Shown in pieces: positions 7,561 to 16,786 of a stretch of 29,719 nt of DNA. Each line of letters starts with the position of its first letter. Position 1 is the stretch's first letter. The translations under genes were made by a program, and so were the position numbers. The stretch is from Syntrophomonadaceae bacterium (GTDB lineage: Bacteria; Bacillota; Dethiobacteria; DTU022): positions 1-29,719 of the forward strand of contig PXBM01000152.1 of the NCBI GenBank assembly GCA_003566935.1. The letters are read 5' to 3'. Below the pieces are notes generated by a model that made no database searches, was not told where the DNA came from, and saw nothing but the letters and a program-made list of their open reading frames with translations.

Positions 7561-9597
7561 TTACGAGAACAAACTCCATGTCGCATCTCTACCGGCATGT
7601 TCTATGGTTAAAGTTGACAATGGAAAATCTGCTTTTGAATACGGATTATCGTAGCGGGGATAACCTCCGAGCTCTACTACTTTGCCCTGCTGTCTCAGCG
7701 GTCCCTGCCAGCCAAATTCAAGCAGCCCCTGCGATGGAGAATTGTAAGCAACATTCTGTCCGTTAAATTTTAGAGAAGCACCGGCAATCCTGTCAATGAA
7801 AATATTAAATTCTCCATCGACTTCTCTCCGTCCCATTTCGCAAATCCAGATATTCTTTAAGCCGCTGGCTATGATTTCACAGCCGGCATCATCACCCTCA
7901 GTCTGCCAATAATAGCTGTTTTGCGTGCGCAAGGCAATGTAGCCATCTCCCTTTCTGCCGAAAATCCATTCTTTTTCTTCAACTACTTCATCAAAGCGAT
8001 CCCGGGGAAACCAGGCATGGGTGAAAAATAATTTATTTGTCATGTAAATGCCGGGCATGCGAGAAATTCTATAGACTGCAATCAAAACATTTTTAACCTG
8101 GGCTACCCTCGGCAGGGTCCCCGATCCAACCCAATAACCAGCCGAGCTCTCTTCCTTGCTTCCCGGATGAGTTGTGAAACAAACTGTACTGGGCGACAGG
8201 GTTGCCTGCCAGATATGCTGCTGATCGCCACCATAACCAGCCCGGTAATCCTGGGCAGCACTAAGCATATAATCGGGAGTGCGGTAAGTATAAAGATTAA
8301 CCTCTTCCCTGGCATTCCTGGTGATATCTTTTTCGAAGAGGCGAGCAAAAAGACCCAGCAGGTTAAATGTGCGCAGGAAATCGATCAGTTTCTTTTTCGC
8401 TTTGAACATGTCAAAAAACTGGTTTTCCCACCAACAAAAAGCATCAAACATTCGCATGGTCAGGGCTATTGTTTTTGGGTGAGTGTAAGCTTCCAGGCTG
8501 AGAAAAACCATTCCGCTGTCCAGGTCTTTAAAGTTTAGCCCCCATTTTTCAGCCTCATCAATTCTAATGCCCATGCGCTGAAGATTGATCATTTCAGAGC
8601 GGTTTTGATCTCTGGCGACTTCATAGATTACCGGAGGCAAAGTATACTCAGGACTTAAGGCCAGGGTCACGGCGCTCATATTATCGCTTCCGGAAAAAAT
8701 GCCCATCCCGAATAACAGCTTTGCCGTATCGATAGTAGATTCGACCAGAGCGTTTTTCTTCTCCTTTCCATAGCTTCTCCCGTGAGTTGAAGAGAAAGCA
8801 CCATAAAAATTATTTAAGGCCAGGTCATAGAGAAGTAGGTCAAGAACCATTCTTGCTTTTGATGCTATTTCTTCATCGCGACAAAAATCAACGAGGTTTA
8901 CCAGGGCGGTAATATCTTCATCATAGTAAATATGTGAAAGCCACTCGCTAAAACCGGTTTTATATCTCAATAAAAGCCATTGGAGTATGCGCGGTAGGGC
9001 ATGGTTCATTTTTTCCCTTCCACTCATTTTAGAGTTGCTAAATACTTCATCGGGATAAAGCTGCCCGGCCAGGTATTCATTGGCTAAGAACATAATCTGG
9101 TGATTCTCCGTCCAGTAACACATAGAGTCAATACCCGGTTCATCCGGCCAGTATTTAAAACCAAGCACAGTTTTTTTAGCACCGGCAAGAAGCTCTTCGC
9201 TTATTAACTTACTATCAGGGAACTGGTATAGCAGGCGAATTATCCCAAGCAGAACAAAGTCCGAGCAATCAAAGCGTTTATCTATATATTCAATCGCTCC
9301 TTCAATTGCACCCTCATAAACCGGCCCATTATTTTTATAGAGTCTGGCCAATTCGTAATAATATCCCTTGATAGTCGGAGCAGCAGGGTTGCGCAGGCAG
9401 TGTTCCAGGAAAGCTTCTTTTCTTTTTTCATACTCCTCTTCAAAAGGAAATACCGTATATTCATCCGGACTAGGTTCTGCCGGATAACCAGGTGGAGGAT
9501 TACCCTTTTGGATGACCCTAAAATCGGTTACGCTGGTTGTATGAAAAAAATCATGCTGGTAGACCTGCTCTTCATTTTCATTAGTTTGGCTGTCCAT
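7561..9597 (-). CDS. Uncharacterised 678-aa WTENH-motif protein, no signal peptide; paralog of 9675..11843; possibly an alpha-toroid plus beta-sandwich (heparinase II/III-like) fold
   Basis: Long ORF with RBS and collinear motif identity to the neighbouring gene (FKYW.DEP, WTENHQI, EYLAGQL.PDE.F.N, HGR, HIWQATL). The fold call is inference. Confidence 0.6.
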   Translation of the reverse strand: MDSQTNENEEQVYQHDFFHTTSVTDFRVIQKGNPPPGYPAEPSPDEYTVFPFEEEYEKRKEAFLEHCLRNPAAPTIKGYYYELARLYKNNGPVYEGAIEGAIEYIDKRFDCSDFVLLGIIRLLYQFPDSKLISEELLAGAKKTVLGFKYWPDEPGIDSMCYWTENHQIMFLANEYLAGQLYPDEVFSNSKMSGREKMNHALPRILQWLLLRYKTGFSEWLSHIYYDEDITALVNLVDFCRDEEIASKARMVLDLLLYDLALNNFYGAFSSTHGRSYGKEKKNALVESTIDTAKLLFGMGIFSGSDNMSAVTLALSPEYTLPPVIYEVARDQNRSEMINLQRMGIRIDEAEKWGLNFKDLDSGMVFLSLEAYTHPKTIALTMRMFDAFCWWENQFFDMFKAKKKLIDFLRTFNLLGLFARLFEKDITRNAREEVNLYTYRTPDYMLSAAQDYRAGYGGDQQHIWQATLSPSTVCFTTHPGSKEESSAGYWVGSGTLPRVAQVKNVLIAVYRISRMPGIYMTNKLFFTHAWFPRDRFDEVVEEKEWIFGRKGDGYIALRTQNSYYWQTEGDDAGCEIIASGLKNIWICEMGRREVDGEFNIFIDRIAGASLKFNGQNVAYNSPSQGLLEFGWQGPLRQQGKVVELGGYPRYDNPYSKADFPLSTLTIEHAGRDATWSLFS

Positions 9598-9674
9598 AGA
9601 TCTAAATCGCTCCTTGCCTAAAATCTAAATTATTACGCTCCCCATGTTAATATCTTATGCTTTAGCCTTCTTTA

Positions 9675-11843
9675 CTAGCCTTTAATCACTCTACGATTCT
9701 TTTCAAAATCCAGCTCTAATTCATGTTCGCCTAGGGAAATGGTAAAGACAGTCTGTCCAAAATCTGTTTGACAGTAAGGATTATTAAAGCGGGGGTAATT
9801 TCGCAAAGGAATCTCTTTCCCGTCTAATATAAAGGGCCCTTCCCAGCCAACCTGGTATAAGCCATTACCGGGAGATTCATAATTTACCTTCAACCCGTCT
9901 ACCTCTACCAGGGCCCTGGCGATTGAATTGCTGAATTCCTCAAATGAACCGTCCACACTCTCTCGGCCTAAATGGCAGATCCATACATTTTGCCTTCCCA
10001 GAACAATTACTTCCTGGTCAGCATCAGGACCTTCCGTTTGCCATTCATAGGGCAAGTGTGAGTAAAGGGCCAGGTACCCTTTATTTCTGCGGCCCAGGAT
10101 CCAGCTGCCTTCTCCAGTGGCAGGAAATTCTTTGATCTCATCAAAAGCCCACCTGGGAAAATAGGCATGGGTAAAAGCGAAAAGCCCGGTGTCTTCCGCT
10201 CCAATCCCCTCCAGTAAATTGGGAATGCGATCAATATTGTAAATACTGATAAGCACGTTGCGATGCTGGACTGTTCGGGGGAAACGACCTTGAGAAGCCC
10301 AGTACCCGGGACGTCCCGCTCGAAGAGAGCCGGGATTGGTTACAAACACTACTGCGTAAGGATCCAGGGTAGCCTGCCAAATGTGATGCTGGTATCCTTT
10401 CTCTCCCTTGCGGTAATCCTGGGCACAGGAGAGCATGTAGTCGGGGCTACGGTAAGTTACCTTGTTCACCTGTGATTTTACCATTCCATTGCTATCGGGA
10501 CCCAACCATTCCACTCCCAGCCCCAGCAAACCCAACCTGGAGAGGGTTTGCCCCAGGTCGGCCAGGGGGGCAAAATCCGGATAGTGCCATAGGTCCCATT
10601 TATTGGCAGTATGCACTGTAAGATCTACTACTTTGGGATGGGTAAAAGCGTGCATAGCCCACCAGATAGGCACATCTTCTACATTATCAAAACTAAGGTT
10701 ATATTTTTCGGCCTCTGCTTCATTGACATTAATCGAATGCCGCTCATAATTGGTCATCTCTTCGGGCAAATCCTGACCTATTTTTTCTAAGACAGGTGGC
10801 AGGTTATAGCGCTCACTAGTGGCAAAAGAAACACTGGCAATGTTATCAGTGGATTGAAAGCGGCCCAAGCCCCACAATAGGGCCTGGGTTGTAACCAGGT
10901 TATCCCCGGCAGCGCTCTTGATATGCCGCACAGAGGCCCTCCCGTGAGATGTTCCATAATGGCCATAGAATGAATCGGCTGCCATATCCAGCAGCATTAT
11001 GTCCACCATAATTACAGCTTTTTGGGAAATCTCCTCGTCTTCCGCAAAGTCCACCAGGTTAAGTAAAGCCCCCATCATGTGGGCGTAATATGGGACAGAA
11101 TCCCATTCGGCAAAGCCAGTTCGCGCGCGCCAGTTCATCCATCGTAGAATTTTGGCCCGGGCGTGCTCCATGCGCCACCGCCCAGACTGGTCATTGTTAG
11201 TAAATGTTTCGTCAGGAAAAAGTTGTCCGGCCAGGTACTCGGCAGTGTGAACCAGGATCTGGTGATTTTCCGTCCACAGCTCCATCTTGGAGTCGGTAGG
11301 ATTAGGCTCATCCAGCCAGTACTTGAAATCCAGGAAAGTTTGCCTGATCGATTTTTTCTGGGCAGCAGTCAACAAATCGCCGTCGGCATGCTTGTAATAT
11401 ATACGTATTAAAGTCTGCATGCTGAAATCCGAGGTGTCTTCCCTGGAATTAACCTTGTCCAGCTCTTGCTGCAGCTTTGCCTGGGTCAAAGAAGATCCCA
11501 GTTCCATGCGGCAAAGATCCGCCCGCAAACCATCTACCTCTGCAGGCTCTTCTGCCACCCATTCCAGGTATGCCTGCCGTCTTTCTTCAAGAGATGGCTT
11601 TAAGGGTGTACGGTAAAAGGGAGGATCGCCGGGCGAAGGGCGCGAAGGGACAGGATCGCCTTCCCGAAAAGCGGGCCATTCCGGGCTTACCGCCCTTATT
11701 TCCCTGGCAATAATTCCACCTGCCACCCCGGCAGCAGCCAACCCGCCGCAACCAATGAGAAAAGATCGGCGGGTAATGCCGCTTTCACTTTTAAAGACAG
11801 CACCTTGTAGATTGCCCCCGGCAGGGTTTTTGTCAGTACTCAT
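9675..11843 (-). CDS. Uncharacterised WTENH-motif protein with twin-arginine (Tat) signal; paralog of 7561..9597
   Basis: ITRRSFLIGCGGLAAAGVAGGII matches the S/T-R-R-x-F-L consensus plus a hydrophobic region. The ATG at 11843 has good AGGAG spacing (GTG at 11852 is an alternative). Confidence 0.65.
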   Translation of the reverse strand: MSTDKNPAGGNLQGAVFKSESGITRRSFLIGCGGLAAAGVAGGIIAREIRAVSPEWPAFREGDPVPSRPSPGDPPFYRTPLKPSLEERRQAYLEWVAEEPAEVDGLRADLCRMELGSSLTQAKLQQELDKVNSREDTSDFSMQTLIRIYYKHADGDLLTAAQKKSIRQTFLDFKYWLDEPNPTDSKMELWTENHQILVHTAEYLAGQLFPDETFTNNDQSGRWRMEHARAKILRWMNWRARTGFAEWDSVPYYAHMMGALLNLVDFAEDEEISQKAVIMVDIMLLDMAADSFYGHYGTSHGRASVRHIKSAAGDNLVTTQALLWGLGRFQSTDNIASVSFATSERYNLPPVLEKIGQDLPEEMTNYERHSINVNEAEAEKYNLSFDNVEDVPIWWAMHAFTHPKVVDLTVHTANKWDLWHYPDFAPLADLGQTLSRLGLLGLGVEWLGPDSNGMVKSQVNKVTYRSPDYMLSCAQDYRKGEKGYQHHIWQATLDPYAVVFVTNPGSLRAGRPGYWASQGRFPRTVQHRNVLISIYNIDRIPNLLEGIGAEDTGLFAFTHAYFPRWAFDEIKEFPATGEGSWILGRRNKGYLALYSHLPYEWQTEGPDADQEVIVLGRQNVWICHLGRESVDGSFEEFSNSIARALVEVDGLKVNYESPGNGLYQVGWEGPFILDGKEIPLRNYPRFNNPYCQTDFGQTVFTISLGEHELELDFEKNRRVIKG

Positions 11844-11887
11844 CGCTGTCACTCCTCACTTATTTCTCCTTTAAAATTAGAGGCTGC

Positions 11888-12661
11888 TTAAGAAACCATA
11901 GCCTCAATTTTTTTCATAAAGGAAGCAATATCTTTACCGTATTCAGGAGAACCGTCCACGGTCAGGTAACCCAGTTTCATTGCTTCAACATTATCGATTT
12001 GCCCGGTTAGAACCTGGAAAGCCCCTTCATTACCGGAAAAAAGCATGTGCACAAATGGTTTACGCCTAGTGTATAAACCTTTGCCCGCCTTGGTGCGACC
12101 TTTTTTTATACGCAAGTAAGCTGCAGGACCATCAGGCGCTACCGACCACTGGAAAATACGATCAGGCATGGGACCGGTAAATATTTTCATCTCTTCGTCT
12201 CCGGCTTTATTTAGCTGAGATAGGGCTACCGAGATAAAGTAGAGCAGCATTTTTACTTTCAATGCTCTCTTTTGCGGATCTTTTGGTTTTTTTGAAGGCA
12301 GTAAAAGGGTCAGCCCGAGCATCAGGGGCAGGAATCCCGCCAGGGTGGTGAAATTTTTCAGCGCCCCCCTGATTTTTGGCAGGGCAATTTTCCCGGTCAT
12401 CAGGGCATTAAATGAGGCGGCATTTTTGAAGCAGAAGTCTATATCGGGATTATCGTGCCTGCCGCTGATATATTCAACCTTCCCATCATTAATGAATATA
12501 TGGCAGGCCAGATCCGGATCATTTTCCACCTGGAACTGGACAATTCTCTTCCAGCCCTTATATTTCTCAGCTAATTTCGGATTTTCTTCCACCAGGACCC
12601 TGGTCAGGGGGAGAGCTGCATTCATCAGTAACCTGGCTACAAGCTTTTCTTTATCAGCCAT
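11888..12661 (-). CDS. Tandem SCP2 (sterol carrier protein 2)-like lipid-binding domain protein
   Basis: Two repeats of an SCP2-like pattern: HIFINDGKVEYISG...PDIDF...FNALMTG, and AYLRIKKG...AFQVLTGQIDNVEAMKLGYLTVDG. GAGGAGG RBS. Confidence 0.55.
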   Translation of the reverse strand: MADKEKLVARLLMNAALPLTRVLVEENPKLAEKYKGWKRIVQFQVENDPDLACHIFINDGKVEYISGRHDNPDIDFCFKNAASFNALMTGKIALPKIRGALKNFTTLAGFLPLMLGLTLLLPSKKPKDPQKRALKVKMLLYFISVALSQLNKAGDEEMKIFTGPMPDRIFQWSVAPDGPAAYLRIKKGRTKAGKGLYTRRKPFVHMLFSGNEGAFQVLTGQIDNVEAMKLGYLTVDGSPEYGKDIASFMKKIEAMVS

Positions 12662-12682
12662 AAACAGCTAACCTCCTCTTTT

Positions 12683-13702
12683 TTATAGTTCATCTTCCCA
12701 GTCATCATCTTCTTCAACTTCTTTACCCAGCATCTCCGCCACCGCTTCGGTAATCCCTTCTGCATCAATCTTGTAAAGATTATAGAGGTCATCCGTTTGG
12801 CCTACAATGGCAAAAACATCAGGAATACCCAACCTTTTTAACCGACACGATTTACCCTCCTCGGTAATTACCTCGGCCACAGCACTGCCAAGGCCTCCTA
12901 TAACGCTATGGTTTTCTACAGTAATAATTTTTCGCGTGTCGTTAACCGCTTCAATAATCGCTTCACGGTCAATTGGTTTGATGGTATGCATGTTGAGCAC
13001 CCGCACCTCAATGCCCTGGCTTTCTTTCAGTTCTTTAGCCGCCTCCAAAGCTTGCAGCACGCAGGGGCCGCAGGCTATAACAGTTATATCACTGCCCTCG
13101 TGCATGGTTACAGCTTTGCCTATTTCAAAATCATAATTTTCTTTTTCATAAACAGTTTGCTCAAAACCACGGCCAATACGCATGTAGAGGGGGCCGGGAC
13201 GGTCCAGCGAAGCACGTACAGCATTGGCCGTTTCTATACCATCGGCCGGCACCACAACTGTCATATTGGCAAATGAACGCATCACTGCCAGATCTTCGGT
13301 GCAGTGATGAGTAGATCCGGCAGTTCCGAAAGATAGTCCCGAGTGTGTGGCAATGATTTTGCAATCAAGGTTCTGGTAACAGATGTCCGTACGAACTTGT
13401 TCACCAGCCCGCAGTGAAGCAAAGACAGCGAAGGTAGAAACAAAGGGTACGTACCCGGCCAGGGCTAACCCGGCTGCGATACCAAAGAGGTTTTGTTCGG
13501 CAATGCCCACATTAAAAAACCTTTCGGGATGCTTTTCTCCAAACTTGCCAATCTTAGTCGATTTAGCCAGGTCGGCCGTTAATGCGACTAGATCTTTTCT
13601 TTCTTCACCCAGCTGGGCCAGTACATGCCCATAAATTTCCGCCGGAGTCATATGGTCTGTATCATACACGCTATATGTGAGGCCTGATTCTTCACTCATC
13701 AT
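12683..13702 (-). CDS. Split transketolase, C-terminal (pyrimidine-binding plus C-terminal) subunit
   Basis: TADLAKST, ERFFNVGIAEQN, STFAVF, THSGLSFGTAGSTHH, LNMHTIKPID, ENHSVIGGLGSAVAE. AAGGAGG RBS. Confidence 0.93.
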   Translation of the reverse strand: MMSEESGLTYSVYDTDHMTPAEIYGHVLAQLGEERKDLVALTADLAKSTKIGKFGEKHPERFFNVGIAEQNLFGIAAGLALAGYVPFVSTFAVFASLRAGEQVRTDICYQNLDCKIIATHSGLSFGTAGSTHHCTEDLAVMRSFANMTVVVPADGIETANAVRASLDRPGPLYMRIGRGFEQTVYEKENYDFEIGKAVTMHEGSDITVIACGPCVLQALEAAKELKESQGIEVRVLNMHTIKPIDREAIIEAVNDTRKIITVENHSVIGGLGSAVAEVITEEGKSCRLKRLGIPDVFAIVGQTDDLYNLYKIDAEGITEAVAEMLGKEVEEDDDWEDEL

Positions 13703-13722
13703 AATCCTCCTTTCTTTATTCC

Positions 13723-14565
13723 TTAAATTTTGTTATACATGCGGTCAATCGATTTCAGGGCATCTTCGGCCATACTGGTATCAAGTCCACCGTAATGCCA
13801 TTCCGGTTTATCTTCCATGTAATCTACACCTTTACCCTTAACAGTGTGACAAATTATTACAGTTGGCTTATCATCAAGCTGTTGTGCCTTTTCTATCTTT
13901 TCACCAAGTGCTTTGAAATCGTGACCGTCACATTCAAGTACATTCCAACCGAATGCGGTCCACTTTTCCCCGATCGGTTCCAGCGACATCACATCTTCGG
14001 TGCATCCGTCAATGCAGTGCATGTTGCGATCAACAAAGCCGGTCAGGTTATTCAACTTATAATGGGCGGCAGCCATCGCCCCTTCCCAGATACTTCCTTC
14101 GGCCAGCTCGCCATCACCCATGATACAGTAAGTGCGCCAGTCCTTATTCTTTAATCTGGCACCCAGAGCCAGTCCGACGGCAATCGGCAACCCATGACCC
14201 AGGGAACCAGTTGATGCATCAAGGCCTTTTACCTTCAGACGGTCCAGGTGCATGCCAAAAAGCGAGCCAGTGTGGTTAAATGTTTTCAGCAGCTCTGAGG
14301 AGAAAAACCCTTTTTCGGCCAGAACCGGGGCCAGGCCAACACCGCCATGTCCCTTGCTAAGCACCATTCGGTCACGATCTTCCCATTGTGGGTTCTCCGG
14401 GTCAACCTTCATGTAGTGGAAGTAGAGAGCTACCAGGATTTCAACCTGGCTCAGTCCGCCGCCGATATGACCGCCACCCGCCCACTGGGTGGTTTGGACT
14501 ACACTACGCCTGATTTTCCAGGCTATTTCGTTCAATGTGCCAATTTCTTTTTCAGACAGGGCCAT
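13723..14565 (-). CDS. Split transketolase, N-terminal (ThDP-binding) subunit
   Basis: GGHIGGGLS, DRMVLSKGH, STGSLGHGL, ThDP motif GDGELAEG...VDRN, DGHD, TVKGKGV, WH. Confidence 0.93.
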   Translation of the reverse strand: MALSEKEIGTLNEIAWKIRRSVVQTTQWAGGGHIGGGLSQVEILVALYFHYMKVDPENPQWEDRDRMVLSKGHGGVGLAPVLAEKGFFSSELLKTFNHTGSLFGMHLDRLKVKGLDASTGSLGHGLPIAVGLALGARLKNKDWRTYCIMGDGELAEGSIWEGAMAAAHYKLNNLTGFVDRNMHCIDGCTEDVMSLEPIGEKWTAFGWNVLECDGHDFKALGEKIEKAQQLDDKPTVIICHTVKGKGVDYMEDKPEWHYGGLDTSMAEDALKSIDRMYNKI

Positions 14566-14608
14566 TTATCATACCTCCCATAAATAATGTAGAAATTAAC
14601 TATCTATA

Positions 14609-15886
14609 TTAAACTGCCAGGCAAGGCGATTTACCGTCCAGCGCACTCTTGACGGCTTTCATCGCCTCCTCGGCATGATTAAGCGTTTCCTTGATATCTA
14701 TTTCATCGTGGGCTACCGACAGAAACCAGTTGTGGTGGGGATGAAAGAAAGAACCCCTTTTAGTTACCTCCGAGCAGAAAAGCTGATTAAGGTAAAGGCT
14801 GGGATCATCACAGAAATGAATGAAAGGTATGGCTGGTGGCCCCGAAGGATTGATCTCCAGTCCGTGACGCTGCCCAATTTCCACCAGTCCGTCGATTAGT
14901 AGTTGTCCGCTTTTTTCCATCTTTTTAACCGCCTCAGTATTTTCTAACTCCTCAAGGGTAGCCAGAGCTGCAGCCATAGGCACAGCCGACATCCAGAAGG
15001 ATCCTGTAAAGAAAACCTTCGATGCAGCGGTCATCAGTTCTTTTTTGCCAACACAGGCCGAGATAGGGTATCCGTTACCCACGGCCTTGCTGAAGCAAAT
15101 CAGGTCCGGCTTAAAACCGAAATATTCATTTGAACCGCCCAGGTTTAAACGGAAACCGGCCCGCACATCATCAAGGATCAAGACTATTTCTTCCTCGCGA
15201 CAAATCTTTTCTACCCCTGTCCAGTAACCTTCAGCCGGTAGCTCCTGCCTGCCGAAAGTAATGTGATGGTACGGCATAGCAATAAAAGCAGCTATTTCTC
15301 CGCGATTTTCCTTTGCCATCTGCCGAAAACCATCAAGGTCGTTCCATTCTACCTGAAGGGTATTCTGACGATCTTCAGCAGTAACACCACCGTGTCCATA
15401 ACTGGTACACCACGGCGCCACCCCGTGATAGTGGCCGCGAACAGTTATTACTTTTTTTCGGTTTGTATGAGCCCTTGCGGCCAGGGTAGCATAAGTAGTC
15501 ATATCGCCTCCATTTTTGGCGAAAAAAGCCCAGTCAGCAATGGGTACCATGTCTACCAGCTTTTCTGCCAGCTCAACCATAACCGGTCCCGGATGATTTG
15601 TAGTATCAGCCATTTTTCGCTGGGCTTCCGCTGCCCCGTCTATCACAGGGTTTCCATAACCCAAGACCATCGGTCCGTAAGCACACATATAATCGATGAA
15701 CTCATTTCCATCAATATCCTTATAGCGGCAGCCATTTGCCTCCGCCGTGTAATAAGGATATTCACCCGGCACCATCGCCGTAGGTGACATGTGGCCGTAT
15801 ATTCCGCCTGGTATCAACGTGGCCGCTTTTTCAAACAGCTCCATACTTTTATTATAAGTGTAAGTTTTTCTACCATTCTCTTTCAC
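14609..15886 (-). CDS. Class III (fold type I) PLP aminotransferase, glutamate-1-semialdehyde-aminomutase-like but divergent
   Basis: DIDGNEFIDYMCAYGPMVLGY, LILDDVRAGFR, PDLICFSKAVGNGYPISA (PLP Lys), FTGSF. GTG start at 15886 after GGGAGG. Confidence 0.88.
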   Translation of the reverse strand: MKENGRKTYTYNKSMELFEKAATLIPGGIYGHMSPTAMVPGEYPYYTAEANGCRYKDIDGNEFIDYMCAYGPMVLGYGNPVIDGAAEAQRKMADTTNHPGPVMVELAEKLVDMVPIADWAFFAKNGGDMTTYATLAARAHTNRKKVITVRGHYHGVAPWCTSYGHGGVTAEDRQNTLQVEWNDLDGFRQMAKENRGEIAAFIAMPYHHITFGRQELPAEGYWTGVEKICREEEIVLILDDVRAGFRLNLGGSNEYFGFKPDLICFSKAVGNGYPISACVGKKELMTAASKVFFTGSFWMSAVPMAAALATLEELENTEAVKKMEKSGQLLIDGLVEIGQRHGLEINPSGPPAIPFIHFCDDPSLYLNQLFCSEVTKRGSFFHPHHNWFLSVAHDEIDIKETLNHAEEAMKAVKSALDGKSPCLAV

Positions 15887-16012
15887 AATATATACCTCCC
15901 TCCAAACCATTCTTAAATTCTTCAACCCAATTGCTGCAACCTTAAATTAACAAATCAGAATTAGAACATCGTTGTAATAATATGTTTATGGCAGCCCATT
16001 TTTATTACATCT

Positions 16013-16786
16013 CTAACCCGACAGGTAAAGGGACAAACGGTCCAGGATAGGATTTATACCATCGATCAGCGGTATAAGCCCGCGAATCTTCACTTTTTTA
16101 CTGCCAATAGCTGCAAACTGGTCCATTTCGCCCTGCAGCATAATCCAGGCTGACTGAAGATCTTCAAACTCAAGGTAAGCACATGGTTCTACTGCCCTCC
16201 CCTTACCGGGATTAAATAAACCATTTTCCACTTCCAGATGAACGGCAGGTCCATCTTTAACCCTGATTTCCACTATGCCCCGGGGTAGATTTCTGGCCAG
16301 GGGGATCATATCAGGGTCTTCTTCACCTATGACCTTTACCCCGTAAACCATGGCATACAGGGTCAGCCTTACACAGTTGGAAAAGGCTTCGGGATCACTT
16401 AAAAGGTCTTCATCCGGCTCCAGGTAATACTCTATTTTTTTTAAGAGCGAATCAACTTTTAACAGCTCTTTTAGACGAAACAGACCATAAAGGTTCGGAC
16501 GAGGGCTTTTATCAGATTTTCCCTGGAAAACAGCATTAAGCGTTGCTGCATTGCTGAAAGTAAGCACCGCTGCAGGACCTGGAGATCTCGCCCGCCATGC
16601 TTCGACCGTACCTTCTTTAAACAAAAGGCTTGAAGCATGCAGACCGCCTGGTAGTTGAAACTGCAGGTTAAAATTCCAATCCTTTATAATGTCTCTAACC
16701 TCTTCATCAATTTCAGCAATATCCTCTAAAAGAGGAACAACAGCTTTGAGATAAATAGCAGCCAGTACACTTTCACTTAATACCAT
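16013..16786 (-). CDS. Tandem SCP2-like lipid-binding domain protein, paralog of 11888..12661
   Basis: Collinear with 11888..12661 (WNFNLQFQL/WKRIVQFQV; FSNAATLNAVFQG/FKNAASFNALMTG; GPAVHLEVENG/GPAAYLRIKKG). SCP2-type tail LQGEMDQFAAIGSKKVKIRG. ATG at 16786 after GGGGTG. Confidence 0.55.
   Translation of the reverse strand: MVLSESVLAAIYLKAVVPLLEDIAEIDEEVRDIIKDWNFNLQFQLPGGLHASSLLFKEGTVEAWRARSPGPAAVLTFSNAATLNAVFQGKSDKSPRPNLYGLFRLKELLKVDSLLKKIEYYLEPDEDLLSDPEAFSNCVRLTLYAMVYGVKVIGEEDPDMIPLARNLPRGIVEIRVKDGPAVHLEVENGLFNPGKGRAVEPCAYLEFEDLQSAWIMLQGEMDQFAAIGSKKVKIRGLIPLIDGINPILDRLSLYLSG

Noticed and set aside
12683-14565. Split transketolase as sulfoquinovose (SqwGH) or apiose (AptAB) pathway enzyme
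   Set aside because: I recognised no GH31 sulfoquinovosidase, SQ isomerase, TauE exporter, or apiose isomerase/kinase in the window. The SCP2-like and aminotransferase neighbours are unexplained by those pathways. Not fully excluded.
14609-15886. Annotation as hemL (GSA aminomutase)
   Set aside because: It lacks the HemL GGVNSPVR loop and has no heme or cobalamin gene context.
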